A DNA stretch of 64,000 nucleotides from Eledone cirrhosa (taxonomy: Eukaryota). The notes beneath the pieces were generated by a model. That model was not told where the DNA came from and made no database searches. It saw nothing but the letters and a program-made list of their open reading frames with translations. Below are positions 37,561 through 50,680 of the stretch, piece by piece (within the stretch, counting starts at the first letter, position 1; each line of letters starts with the position of its first letter). The stretch lies in the NCBI GenBank assembly GCA_964016885.1, contig OZ024761.1:8494001-8558000 (forward strand), in the 5' to 3' direction. Both the position numbers and the translations under genes were made by a program.

Positions 37561-38043
37561 CTAGCAGAAAACCACCCTTCGGGTGGTTTTCTGCTACCTT
37601 GTGTAGTGTGTATATTGATATTATACGCAGGTATATATACATGTAGATATGATACATCAAATAAAATCGTAATTGACAATATATAATACACAGAAATTGA
37701 ACGAAGACTGTGTTACACTGTCTTATTTAATCAGTAACATAATCCATGATACATTAAAAAAAGACAATATTATATATAAACTGCATTAGGACAAAATTAG
37801 AGACAGAAAATTAGTATGTTTATTTAAGCGATCGCTAACTGGAAGTGTTGACATTTGAAAATTTTAAAGAAGTGAATCTTTAAATAAACAAAATATATTT
37901 AATCAACAGCCACGAAATTTAGTGGATAAATTATGTAATATTCATTCATTATTTATTCAAAGTAATCCAACTTATTTTACAAACGGGATAAAAAATTATA
38001 AGCCGTACGCAGTCCCGTACTCCTTACTTTATTATAGTTTAGA
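37561..38043 (-). mobile_element. Non-autonomous Helitron (about 483 bp)
   Basis: Minus strand reads A|TCTAAACTATAATAAAG... GC-containing hairpin ...CTAG|T: TC start, CTAG end, A/T target and no TSD. Confidence 0.6.
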
Positions 38044-38476
38044 TATAACACTTTATCTAAAATAATCTACTATAAACAACTATAAGAAAATGGATATTTT
38101 ATAACACCACGACGATGTCACATTTTGTATAGAAGTGTGTATGTGTCTGTGAGTGTGTGCATGTTTATGCGTTTGTTATGTATGCTATGCCATAGTAAGT
38201 GACATGCACATACATCTTCACAGAAATACTTAATCAGATACACAGAGAATTAAACACGATTCAGATGCTGGTTTACACACACACAACGTACACATTTATA
38301 CACAATTATTTATATATCTATATAATATAAAAGATTTGAACTTCCATCATCCTTTTTAGAAACGTGGACCCGCTTCTTCTATGCAATGGCACACACTTTA
38401 CAGCCAGGAGGAAAATGAACGATTCCCTAGAGATTCTTGGAGGCAATCATCAGGGAGAAAATGCATTTATTCTCAA

Positions 38477-39145
38477 GTACGTGAACGGCAAAGCATAAAT
38501 GAACTAAGTGAGAAATTAGGAATAAGAGGGATCAGATGCTGTTTAGTCGAGAGAAGACTACGTTGGTATGGTCACGTGATGCGCATGAAAGACGACAGCT
38601 GTATAAAAACGTGCAGGGCGATCAAAATAGACGGTAGCCACGGAGTAGGCAGACCCAGAAAAACCTGGGACGACTTGATAAATTCCGACCTCACACACTT
38701 ACACCTCTCCAAGACAATGTCACTGGACCGAAATCTTTGGCGCTATGCAGTAATACAGAAGACCCACCTTGCCTAAGTGCAAAACGAAACCTACAGTCAG
38801 TAGGCACCTCTTAACCAAAATACACCCCAGTCCCACTACCCTCACCCCTTTCGATGTAAAGTTATGTTGGTACCACAACATCCAGTCCTAAATAAATGAG
38901 GTCGTGTAGGTGTCACGACAAAAAAACACAGTCCACGCTGTAATGTGGCCGTGTAGGTAACACGGTAAAAACCTCCCAGTCCACACTGTAAACGTGGTTG
39001 GTGTTAGGAAGGGCATCCAGCAGTAGAAAACCCGCCAGACAGTCCTATACGAGCAAGACAACAAATCTTGCCTCAAGTGGGAAAATTCCCGTCCAAACCC
39101 ATGCAAGCGTGGAAGATGGACGTTAAACGATGATGATGATGATGA
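38477..39145 (+). mobile_element. RTE C-terminal fragment plus 3'UTR
   Basis: RERQSINEL...[20 protein letters not shown]...GRPRKTW, and a (gat)n tail. Confidence 0.88.
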
Positions 39146-39544
39146 TTCCTCTTATCCCTTCCTCTAGTGAGCTGCCATTCAAATTCTCAAGATGTCAGTT
39201 CCCTGTTAGAGCCAATTTTGCTACAACCATACATAAAGCTCAGACTCAGAGTTTCAAAGTTGTAAGAATGAATACAAGAGAATCACTTTTTACCCATGGA
39301 GAGTTATATGTAGGTTGTTCAAGCGTGGAAACACCCAGAAATCTTCATACACTATACACAAACAGTAAAACAAAGAATCTGGTGTATCTGGAAGATTTTC
39401 TTTTCTGGATTTACTTTTTTGTAACACACACACTCCATGGTCTCGCCTCGTACTGCAAACCAGGCAAACATCCAATACATCTTCTCCACTACCTGTCTTC
39501 TCTTATCATCTGTTCACCCGGGCAAACCTGGGTACATCAGCTAG
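39146..39544 (+). mobile_element. Helitron 3' fragment (PIF1-like helicase C-terminus and terminus)
   Basis: LPFKFSRCQFPVRANFATTIHKAQTQSF...FTHGELYVGCS...KTKNLVY, then hairpin cccgggcaaacctggg and CTAG|T at 39541-39545. Confidence 0.85.
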
Positions 39545-39552
39545 TATATTAT

Positions 39553-39704
39553 ACATATCACTGTTACCATGGTGACTAAAGAGGTGTAGTCGTAATATAT
39601 ATCACTGTTACCATGGTGACTGTATAGAGATGTAGTCATAATATATATCACTGTTACTAAGGTAACTGTATAGAGACGTAGTCGTAATATATATCACTGT
39701 TACC
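39553..39704. repeat. Short tandem repeat, unit about 45 bp, about 3.5 copies
   Basis: atatcactgttaccatggtgact...gtagtcgtaatat repeated. Confidence 0.85.
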
Positions 39705-39903
39705 TTTGCAGCATAAAGTTATGGCCCTTTACGTTCAGGGTTCAAATCCCGCCGAAGTTAACTTTGCCTGTCATCCTTATGGGGTCAATAAAATAAAGTA
39801 CCAGTAATACAGTGGGGTAATTGCTGGCCTTGCGCCAAAAAGTAGAAATAATTATTATCCTCGTCCAGCTAATGCAAGGATGGAAAAACAGACATAAGAA
39901 TAA

Positions 39904-40518
39904 CGATGATGGCAGTGGTGGTGGTGGTGGTGGTGGTGGTGGTTGTAGTGGTGGTGGTGGTAGTGATGGTGGTGGTGGTGATGGCAGTGGTGGTGGTGGT
40001 GGTGGTGGTGATGGTGGTGGTGGTGGTGATGGTAGTGGTGGTGGTGGTGGTGACGGTGGTGATGGTGGTGGTGATGGTGGTGGTGATGGTGGTGGTGGTG
40101 GTGTTGATGGTGGTGGTGGTGGTGGTGATGGTGGTGGTGTTGATGGTGGTGGTGGTGGTGTTGATGGTGGTGGTGGTGGTGTTGATGGTGGTGGTGGTGG
40201 TGTTGATGGTGGTGGTGTTGATGGTGGTGGTGGTGATGGTGGTGTTGGTGGTGTTGGTGGTGTTGATGGTGGTGGTGTTGATGATGATGTTGATGACGGT
40301 GGTGATGGTGGTGGTGGTGGTGGTGGTGATGGTGACGGTGGTGGTGTTGGTGGTGGTGTTGATGATGATGTTGATGACGGTGGTGATGGTGGTGGTGGTG
40401 CTGATGGTGGTGGTGGTGGTGTTGATGGTGGTGGTGGTGGTGGTGGTGATGGTGGTGACGGCGGTGGTGGTGGTGTGGTGGTGATGGTGACGGTGGTTGT
40501 GGTGGTGTTGGTGGTGCT
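39904..40518. repeat. (GGT)n/GAT low-complexity trinucleotide repeat
   Basis: Direct reading; gives poly-G/V/P pseudo-ORFs. Confidence 0.95.
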
Positions 40519-40721
40519 CAATTATTTTATTACTAAGATGACCTCGATATTAATAGCAGAAAGTATGGATGGACTGAAGGAGCAGAATAATAGGTAGAAG
40601 GAATGTATGGCTGAAAAAGGTATGAAGGTGAATATTAAAAGGTGATGGTAAGTGGTAACGCTTTTGGTGAGATAAAAGGATCTGCCTGATAGCCATATGT
40701 AAGGTGCAGAAGGGTACTCCA

Positions 40722-41620
40722 TTAACCCTTTAGCATTTAAACCAGCCGTGTGCGGCCAGAATTCTCTTAACTCTTTCTGTTCAAACCAGCTGTAATTGGC
40801 CACTCATACTGATGTTAAGGTTTTGTTCTCAAAATAAATAATATCAAAATCTCATAGATTCAATATTATGTGAGATAAAGTCTTTACTGTGAAAATACAA
40901 TAGTATATATAGAGTAATGTAAATGTTATGTGAGATATTATATGAGGTAAAGCCTTTACCATGAAAATACAATAGTATATATAGAGTAATGTAAATGTTA
41001 TGTGAGATATTATGTGAGGTGAAGCCTTTACTGTGAAAATACAATAGTATATATAGAGTAATGTAAATGTTATGTGAGATATTATGTGAGGTGAAGCCTT
41101 TACCATGAAAATACAATAGTATATATAGAGTAATGTAAATGTTATGTGAGATATTATATGAGGTAAAGCCTTTACCATGAAAATACAATAGTATATATAG
41201 AGTAATGTAAATGTTATGTGAGATATTATGTGAGGTGAAGCCTTTACTGTGAAAATACAATAGTATATATAGAGTAATGTAAATGTTATGTGAGATATTA
41301 TGTGAGGTGAAGCCTTTACCATGAAAATACAATAGTATATATAGAGTAATGTAAATGTTATGTGAGATATTGTGTGAGGTAAAGCCTTTACTGTGAAAAT
41401 ACAATAGTATATATAGAGTAATGTAAATGTTATGTGAGATATTATGTGAGGTAAAGCCTTTACCATGAAAATACAATAGTATATATAGAGTAATGTAAAT
41501 GTTATGTGAGATATTATGTGAGGTAAAGCCTTTACTGTGAAAATACAATAGTATATATAGAGTCATGTAAATGCTATGTGAGATATTATGTGAGGTAAAG
41601 CCTTTACTGTGAAAATACAC
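40722..41620 (+). mobile_element. piggyBac-type MITE whose 3' part is amplified into a 72-bp minisatellite (about 10 copies, 40866-41620)
   Basis: ttaaccctttagcatttaaa start and body match 28407-28604. Period 72 (agagtaatgt at 40911 and 40983). Confidence 0.85.
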
Positions 41621-41689
41621 TGGGTGAGTACAATGAAAATGTAGTGGTGTAAAGGGATTATTAAATAATGTGGCAGCTACATTTATTTG

Positions 41690-41905
41690 TTAACCCTTTA
41701 ACATTTACGCTACTCTATATTTACGATTGTATTTTCACAGCTAAGGCTTTACCTCATCATTATCTCACATAATATTGAATCTATGAGATTTTTATGTTAT
41801 TTATTTTGAGAACAATACCTTAACATCAGTGTAAGTCGCTGGTTATGGCTGGTTTGAACAAAAAGAGGTGAGAGAATTCTGGCTGGATACAGCCAGTTTA
41901 AATGT
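41690..41905 (-). mobile_element. Inverted copy of the same MITE family
   Basis: Begins ttaaccctttaacatttac; body is the reverse complement of 28420-28600 / 40735-40920. Confidence 0.75.
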
Positions 41906-41917
41906 GTATGGAGTGAG

Positions 41918-42965
41918 CTACAGATGGAAATGGATGTTGGGCTGGATCTTGGGAATAATGTGGAGGTGGAAGGTGTGAGAATATTTTGTTAGCTTGGAGA
42001 CGTTGAATGGAGAGGGTGGATCAGACTCCAAGACAGTAGCTAGAGTGTGTGTATGGAAGAAGTTCCAGCAGGAACTGAGTGGTGTGCTAATGAGGAGTGG
42101 AGTGTTGCTGAAAATTAAAGGAAAAGTGTGTACTCCATGTGTGAGATGCGCCATGATTTATGGAAACAAGATACAAATGATGGACATGGAACAACAGAGA
42201 AGGCTGGAAAGAATAGAAATAAGAATAGTCCTGTGGATGAACGGACTTCTGTCGAGAGAGATAGAGAGAGTGAGATGGTAAACAACGAATTGCAGAAGAT
42301 GATGGATGAACATGGCTTAGTGGTTAGAGCATTGGCCTTGCAATCGAAAGGTTGTGAGTTCAATTCCCAGACCGGGTGATGAGTTGTTTCCTTGAGCAAG
42401 ACACTTTATTTCACATTGCTCCAGTTTACTCAGCTGTAGAAATGAGATGATAGGTACTCGGGTCCCTATCATTCCACTGCAAAGTGGTCGTGGAGGTGCC
42501 ACGGCAAAAAAGCATCCAGCACTCACTGTAAATGAGGTTGGTGTTAGGAAGGGCATCCAGCTGTAGAAATCAAGCCAGAATCAGTTCCCGTTCCACCCTT
42601 GCAAGCAGGGAAAAAGCGGAAGTAAAATATGATGATGATGATGATGATAGAGCCAGTGATGAATGTTGTGATGAGAAATGGTTGGGTCATGTGTGTTGGG
42701 GAAGGGTGAAAGAAAGTGACTGGGTGAGAGGTATAGAACCAGTGATGAATGTTGTGAAGAGAAGTGACTGGGTTGAGAAGAATGATGAAAATGAATGCGG
42801 AAGAAAGTAGAGGAAAGAGAAGACCAAGAAAGAGATGCTTAAAGATGATGGAGGAGGAATTGAAAGCCAAGGTTGCTGGCAATAGGGAGAAATGGAGAAG
42901 CTTGTTAGAGGACCTGCACGGCTAATCCCTGCATAACAGGGAAAATGGCTTTAAAACATCATAAT
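41918..42965 (+). mobile_element. Old RTE-like fragment interrupted by a family 1 SINE
   Basis: ARVCVWKKFQ...LKIKGKV...CVRCAMIYG...WLGHV resembles the RTE C-terminus. Confidence 0.65.
42310..42648 (+). mobile_element. tRNA-derived SINE family 1
   Basis: Near-identical to 22644-22977. Confidence 0.9.
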
Positions 42966-42967
42966 CA

Positions 42968-43332
42968 TCAACGTTTAACGTCTATCTTCCACGCTAGCAT
43001 GGGTTTAGATGGGTATTGTCCTACTTGAGGCAAGATTGGTCGGATGGCCGTGTCTTGCTCATATAGGGCTGTCCGGCAGGTTTTCTACGGCTGGATGCCC
43101 TTCCTAACACCAACCACGTTTACAGTGTGGAACTCGGAGGTTTTTATTGTTACTTACACGGCCACATTACAGCATGGACTGTGTGTTTTTTTGTCGTGAC
43201 ACCTACACAACATCATTTATTTTGGACTGGATGTTGTGGTACCAACATAACTTTACAGAGAAAAAGGGTGGTGGGAGTGGGAGGTGGGGTGAAGTAGGGG
43301 TAGTGGGATGGGGTATACATTTGGTTAAGAGG
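42968..43332 (-). mobile_element. RTE 3'UTR fragment
   Basis: Reverse complement of a 38790-39130-type tail. Confidence 0.8.
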
Positions 43333-43885
43333 TGCCTACTGAACTGTAGGTTTTAAAACATTCGTGGATTGGCAGTATTGGTAGACGGTCGGACGCCATG
43401 CTTTACAGCAAAGAGTTACACCCCTTTATAGTCAGAGTTCAAATCCTACCGAGGTTAACTTTGCCTTTCATCCTTACGGGGTGAATAAAATAAAGTACCA
43501 GTAATGCACTGGAGTAATTGCTGGCCTAGCCTTGTGCCAAAAGTAGAAACAATTATTAAGATGGTAACTTAACATGGTTCTTATGTAAAATTATGCTGGA
43601 AGATTTTGATTTAAACTAGACTATCCTTGACCTATTGGGTCATGTTCACTTAAAAATAATTTTTAAATAATTAAAATATACAGACAGACATGTATATAAT
43701 GTGAAATGAAACTGGAAGGCCCATATATATATATACATGTGTGTATGTATGTATATATATATATATAAATGTGTATGTGTGTGTATGCATACATATATAT
43801 ATGTATGTGTGTGTCTGTATACATATATATATATATGCGTGTGTCTGATCTATATACACTGGTCAGACACACACACACACACACA

Positions 43886-43916
<31 letters not shown>

Positions 43917-44074
43917 TCACACATATATATATAAATATATATACACATACACAAAAAGACCACCAGCTCTCTCGCTCTCTCTGCCATTCTCCTTCTCTTA
44001 CTCTATCTCTCTCTCTCTTTCAATCTACTCTCTCACAACCACTATTTCTTTCTCTCTATCCTTATATATATATG

Positions 44075-44111
<37 letters not shown>

Positions 44112-44282
44112 ATATATTGTATATATATATATATATATATTTATATAAACCCATGCTAGCGTGGAAGATAGACATTAAACAATGATGATGATGATATATA
44201 TATGTATATATAGGTGTGTATATATATATGTGTGTGTGTGTATATATATATGTGTATGTATGTATATATATATATGTATATA

Positions 44283-44492
44283 TTAGAAAGTGAGGTTTTT
44301 TTTACAAAATGAAAAACAACCGAGGTGTCCTACACGAGTGAAAGTATAAAGAAAAAAAGATGAAATCGAAAATGCAACTGGAGTCTTATTTTTAAAAAAA
44401 TATATATATATTTTTATTTGGTTCCTTTACCGGTTTCGCAGTTCTTCTGCTTTTCAAAAGTAGAGTTGAGATGGAGGGTCTGTGGTTTTTCT

Positions 44493-44496
<4 letters not shown>
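44283..44496 (-). mobile_element. Single-arm copy of the 25450-25657 Penelope-like pseudo-LTR
   Basis: Highly similar to the left arm of the 25.5-kb palindrome, including its unique flank. Embedded in (TA)n. Confidence 0.75.
44425..44460 (-). ncRNA. Hammerhead motif (family B; intact U3-A8 variant core, GUA cleavage triplet)
   Basis: Minus strand reads ctt-TTGAAAA-gcag/aagaa/ctgc-GAAA-ccgg-TA-aag. Confidence 0.65.
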
Positions 44497-44533
<37 letters not shown>

Positions 44534-44537
<4 letters not shown>

Positions 44538-44858
44538 TCATTTTACGTCCACTTTTCCCTGCTTGCAAGGGTGGGACGGGAACTGATTCTGGCTTGATTT
44601 CTACAGCTGGATGCCCTTCCTAATACCAACCTCATTTACAGTGTGGGCTGGGTTTTTTGCCGTGGCACCTCCACGACCACTTTGCAGTGGAATGATATGG
44701 ACCCCAGTCCCTATCATCTCATTTCTACAGCTGAGTAAACTGGAGCAATGTGAAATAAAGTGTCTTGCTCAAGGAAAAAACATCATACAGTCTGAGAATT
44801 GAACTCACAACCTTTTGATTGCAAGCCCAATGCTCTAACCACTAAGCCATGTGCCTCC
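44534..44858 (-). mobile_element. tRNA-derived SINE family 1
   Basis: Reverse complement of the family with small deletions. Confidence 0.88.
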
Positions 44859-44939
44859 ATGTGTATGTATATATATATATATATATATTTATATATGTGT
44901 GTGTGTGTGTGTATATATATATACACGTGTATATATATA

Positions 44940-44974
<35 letters not shown>

Positions 44975-45150
44975 GTGTATGTATATGTGTATATATATAT
45001 GTGTGTGTGTGTATATATAAGCAAAAAGATATTTAATTTGTTGGTAATTCAACAAATTTATTTATAACAGATTCGAAGCACTCTACTGGTTTTCTGGAGT
45101 ATAATATCAATGATTTTAATAAATGGGAACTATATTTATAAAACCATATT

Positions 45151-45211
45151 TATTTTATTATATATATTTCAAGGGTATCAAAACTTTGGTACGCTCTCAT
45201 CAGATAAAATA
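45151..45211 (-). ncRNA. Type I hammerhead ribozyme motif (family A) in a Penelope-like remnant (about 45025-45860)
   Basis: Minus strand reads tattttat-CTGATGA-gagcgtacca/aagttt/tgataccctt-GAAA-tatata-TA-ataaaata. Confidence 0.8.
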
Positions 45212-45869
45212 CAAAATTTGTTTTATAAATAGTGACATATCCAGGAATCGAACCTTAACAGTTCAAGTTCCAAACGGTAGTCTGGTTGAACTTATTAAGG
45301 GGTAATTCCATATACGGGCATGCACTCATGTCAAGGAGTTCTGAAAGTTGTTATCAGGGGAGTGGTCGAAGTTTTTGTCATCACAAGTTAAATTCCTTCA
45401 TAGCAGGGGCTAGGGGTGGCTGAACTTGCCTGTAGAACAAAGGAAGGGAGTAATATGACAAATGAGACCTGTGGATGTAGTTCTGGTCAAGAGGTAATTC
45501 TATACAGCTATCTCTAAAAGGGGTTAGGGAACTTATGATGAATAAAGAAATCCTGGAATTAAGAGTTGGCTAGGAGGCAAATCAAGTAGAATTTGATAGA
45601 AAATTCAGAACTAATAAAATTTAAGCAAATAGAATCTGATACAAAATTCCAAATTAATAAAATCCTACAAAATTAAGTTATTATCCAAAACACTAAAACA
45701 CAGTCACAATGGTAAATTATCAATAATATCATCTGTAATGGTGTACCCCTCCAAGAAAGAGAAAACACCGGCTATATTTTCAGCCAGTGGCATATAGATA
45801 CAATAGGGTTGGAGATACTAGGGTTAATCAAAGGAAGAATGATGTAGAAAATAAGTGATGGGCGCCTAA

Positions 45870-46268
45870 AGACCCGCCTTGCCTAAGTACAAAGTGAAAC
45901 CTAGTCAGTAGGCACCTCTAACAAAATACACCCGTGTCCCACTACCCCACCCCATCCACACCACCCCTTCCAATGTAAAGTTATGTTGGTACCACGACAT
46001 CCAGTCTGAAATAAATGAGGTCGTGTAGGTGTCACGAAAAAAAAAACACACAGTCCATGCTGTAATGTGGCCGTGTAGGTAACACGGTAAAAACTTCCCA
46101 GTCCACACTGTAAACGTGGTTGGTGTTAGGAAGGGCATCCAGCCGTAGAAAACCCGCCAGACAGTCCTATACGAGCAATGACAACCAATCTTGCCTCAAG
46201 TGGGAAAATTCCCGTCCAAACCCATGCTAGCGTGGAAGATGGACATTATACGATGATGATGATGATGA
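45870..46268 (+). mobile_element. RTE 3'UTR fragment
   Basis: Close match to 38760-39145. Confidence 0.82.
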
Positions 46269-46867
46269 TACATATACATATATATATGTGTATATATACA
46301 TATATATATGTATATATATATACATGTGTATATATGTGTATATATACATATATATATGTATATATATATACATGTGTATATATACATATACATATATGTG
46401 TATATATACATATATATGTATATATACATATATATGTGTATATATACATATACATATATATATATGTATATATATATACATATGTATATATATACATATG
46501 TATATATATATATATACATATGTATATATATATACATATATATATACATATATATATATATACATATACATATGTGTATATATATACATATATATATATA
46601 CATATACATATGTATATATATATACATATACATATGTATATATATATATACATATGTATATATATATACATATATATATACATATATATATATATACATA
46701 TACATATGTGTATATATATACATATATATATATACATATACATATGTATATATATATACATATACATATGTGTATATATATATACATATACATATATACA
46801 TATGTATATATATATAATTAAGTTATTTGTTTTTATATATATATACATATACATATATATATATACC

Positions 46868-47625
46868 ATCATCATCACCGTTTTACATCCGTTCTTCCAC
46901 GCTAGCATGGGTTAGACGGGTTGTCCTGTTGTGGGCAGTGTCCTGTTGGCTGACCATGCCTTGCTCATACAGAAACTGATTTGGCTTGATTTCTACAGCA
47001 GGATGCCCTTCCTAACACCAACCTCATTTACAGTGAGTGCTGGGTGCTTTTTTCCGTGGCGCCTACATGTCCACTTTACAGTGTGGGCTGGGTGCTTTTT
47101 TGCAGTGGCACCTCCACGACCACTTTGCAGTGGGAAGGGGTGGGGGCATATTGTCTATATGCTTCAACTTCAGCTTGTACCCGTGGAGGGGTCGGGTCTT
47201 CCGCATTACTGTGTGTCGCCAGAGGTCACAGTCGTGTGTCATCGCCTTTGAGAGGTGTTTTGGGGTAAGGTCGGCTTTTATCACCTCATCCCAGGTCTTC
47301 TTGGGTCTCCCCACTCTGCGGTTTCCATTGACTTCTAGTGCTCTGCACCTTTTTATGCCGCTCTCATCCTTCATATGCATCACATGTCCATACCAGCGCA
47401 ACCACCTCTCCTGCCCACATTTGATTCCTCTTATGCTCAGTCTCTCTCTCAATTCATTTATGCTTTGCCGTTTGCGTATATTATTATTACACATCCATCG
47501 TAGAATGCAGGCTTCGTTTCTTTCTAATCTACGCAAGTCTTCCACCTTCAGCGCCCAGGTCTCACTACCATGTAACATTGTTGTTCGTATACATGCATCA
47601 TACAGTCTGCCTTTCATTTTGAGGG

Positions 47626-47627
<2 letters not shown>
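46868..47627 (-). mobile_element. RTE 3' fragment closely related to the 4629-6983 copy
   Basis: [40 protein letters not shown]... plus the matching 3'UTR. Confidence 0.9.
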
Positions 47628-47678
<51 letters not shown>

Positions 47679-47903
47679 AACAAGTAAGACCCCGTCGGGG
47701 TCTTACTTGTTCCTATTACCCACTCTACTACCCTAAGTATTGAGTACTTTGGTGCGGTATGGTTCACCTGGTTCCTTACCACATTTCCTTCGTTATATAT
47801 ATATATATATATATGTGTGTGTATATATATATATATATGCGTGTTTATATATATATATATATATGCGTGTGTATATATATATATATATATATATGCGTGT
47901 GTG

Positions 47904-47937
<34 letters not shown>

Positions 47938-47942
47938 TATGT

Positions 47943-48312
47943 ATCATCATCATCAGGTTTAGCGTCCGTGTTCCACGCTTGCATGGGTTTGGACGGGGGT
48001 TTTCCCACTTGAGGCAAGAGTGGTTGTCTTGCTCGCATAGGACTGTCTGGCGGGTTTTCTACAGTTGGATGCCCTTCCTAACACCAACCACATTTACAGT
48101 GTGGGGCTGGGAGGTTTTTACCGTGTTGCCTACACGGCCACATTTACAGCGTGGACTGTGTTTTTTGTCGTGACACCTACACGATCTCATTTGTTTCGGC
48201 CTGGATGTTGTGGGACCAACATAACTTTACATTGAAAGGGGCGGTGTGGATGGGGTGGAGGTGGTGGGACGGGGGTGTGTTTTGATAGAGATGCCTACTG
48301 ACTGTAGTAGGT
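47943..48312 (-). mobile_element. RTE 3'UTR fragment
   Basis: Tail matches 3264-3347 and 63607-63975. Confidence 0.82.
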
Positions 48313-48322
48313 TTTTACTTTG

Positions 48323-48367
<45 letters not shown>

Positions 48368-48370
48368 GTA

Positions 48371-48495
<125 letters not shown>

Positions 48496-48510
48496 GTATA
48501 TATATATATG

Positions 48511-48541
<31 letters not shown>

Positions 48542-48784
48542 GTATATATATATATGTATATATATATATGTATATATATATGTATATATATATGCATATA
48601 TATATATATGTATATATGTGAATGAAGTAATTCCGTCGGAAAAGTCCAGGAAAAAAGAGTGCTCTATGTAAGCAACAGAGCTTAATTATTATTATGTAAT
48701 AAACAACATAAGGCAATTATTCCATTTACCAGTGGTTTCTTAAAAGCAAAAGGTTTTGCTTTCAATCCTCAGAATATATATATG

Positions 48785-49203
<419 letters not shown>

Positions 49204-49300
49204 GTATATATATATAGGTATATATATGTATATATATATAGATATATATGTGTGTGTGTATATATAAATATGCATTTATATGTGTATGTGTGTGTGTATA

Positions 49301-49610
49301 TCATCTTCGTTTAACGTCCATCTTCCATGCTAGCATGGGTTAGACGGGAGTTGTCCCGCTTGAGGCAAGGCTGGTCGGGTGACCGTGTCTCGCTCATATA
49401 GGACTGTCTGGCAGGTTTTCTACGGCTGGATGCCCTTCCTAACACCAACCACATTTACAGTGTGGAACTGGGAACTTTTTACGATGCTACCTACACGACC
49501 ACATTACAGCGTGGACTGTGTTTCTTTTGTCGTGGCACCTACACGATCTCGATCTCATTTATTTGGACGTGATGTTGTTGGTGGGAGGATAGCGTAGGGG
49601 TAGTGGATTG

Positions 49611-49613
<3 letters not shown>
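49301..49613 (-). mobile_element. RTE 3'UTR fragment
   Basis: Reverse complement of a 18521-18797-type tail. Confidence 0.8.
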
Positions 49614-49657
<44 letters not shown>

Positions 49658-49660
49658 TTT

Positions 49661-49705
<45 letters not shown>

Positions 49706-49741
49706 ATGTATTTATACGTAAATATATGTATGTATATATAC

Positions 49742-49797
<56 letters not shown>

Positions 49798-50097
49798 TAT
49801 ATATATATATATGTGTATATATGTATATAATATTTATTTAGTTTTAAATAATTTTAAAATAATAAGGCGGGACGATACAAAAAGATGTTTACTTGGGACT
49901 GTCAAAGTGCATCCAACTGTTTATGGGAGGGAGAAATCATTTTACACTAAAACATTTAGGAAACTCCCGACTGCAGAAATAATCTCAACGTTAGATTTGT
50001 TGTTTACAATAACAAGTAATTATAATTTCTATACGAGATATGTCAAATAGACATCAATTTCGGCTGGAAACAAGAAAATCTTTTCGAACTGACTCAC

Positions 50098-50410
50098 CGG
50101 GGGTGAAGTATGACATGTGGTATTTAATAAACGAAAACAGCATGGCGACTTCGGTAGCTAAACTAAGGGCAATCGGATTCTCGTCGAATAACAGTGGTGC
50201 TGAGAGGCGAAGCTCTCGCAGCAGTTTGGTGGCAGAAACTCACTGAAAAATACAACTGGAAGGTGTATTAATTCCAGAGTTAAATAACATCGGCATCGTC
50301 TAAAATTTTCTTCGTCACGCCATCGGAAGTAGCTATGTTTCACGACAGCTACTTCAGTACTTTTCGCCATAATTGGTTAAATCAAGTGCGTGACAAACTA
50401 CCACGCTAAA
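50098..50410 (-). promoter_or_regulatory. Candidate promoter and first exon, possibly of SZRD1
   Basis: Unique, relatively CpG-rich island with three ATGGCG (YY1-like core) motifs, a strong minus-strand donor CCG|gtgagt at 50098/50097, and gtcgccATG at 50143. Assignment is inference. Confidence 0.45.
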
Positions 50411-50649
50411 ATACACTGTGTATTCTTAAGAAAACAGTGTTCTTGTATTTTTTAGTATCTAAATTCACCAACCATGTTTAGATATACAATAAAAACCACA
50501 GATATTCTACCAAGAAAGAATTAGATAGGTAATGTTCTTTTAATAGTCGCACACTATACACACACATATATGTGTGTGTATCCGGAATACAGAACCATAT
50601 CGTTGTTTCGTGTGAAAAATAATATTTCGGCACTTATTATCTAGTTTAC

Positions 50650-50680
<31 letters not shown>

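Noticed and set aside
38410-38460. Minus-strand CTGATGA followed by an imperfect hairpin
   Set aside because: No GAAA, stem III or cleavage triplet follows, so it is not called a hammerhead.
39742-40597. Poly-Pro (extensin/formin-like), poly-Gly and poly-Val ORFs
   Set aside because: Translations of a (GGT)n repeat open in all frames, bounded by SINE and LINE fragments.
40844-41620. 258-aa repeat protein ORF
   Set aside because: Reading of a 72-bp MITE-derived minisatellite.
49893-49916. Possible 24-nt minus-strand microexon (cataaacag|...|gtaaac)
   Set aside because: Weak donor, does not fix the phase mismatch to exon 34151, and has no homology support.
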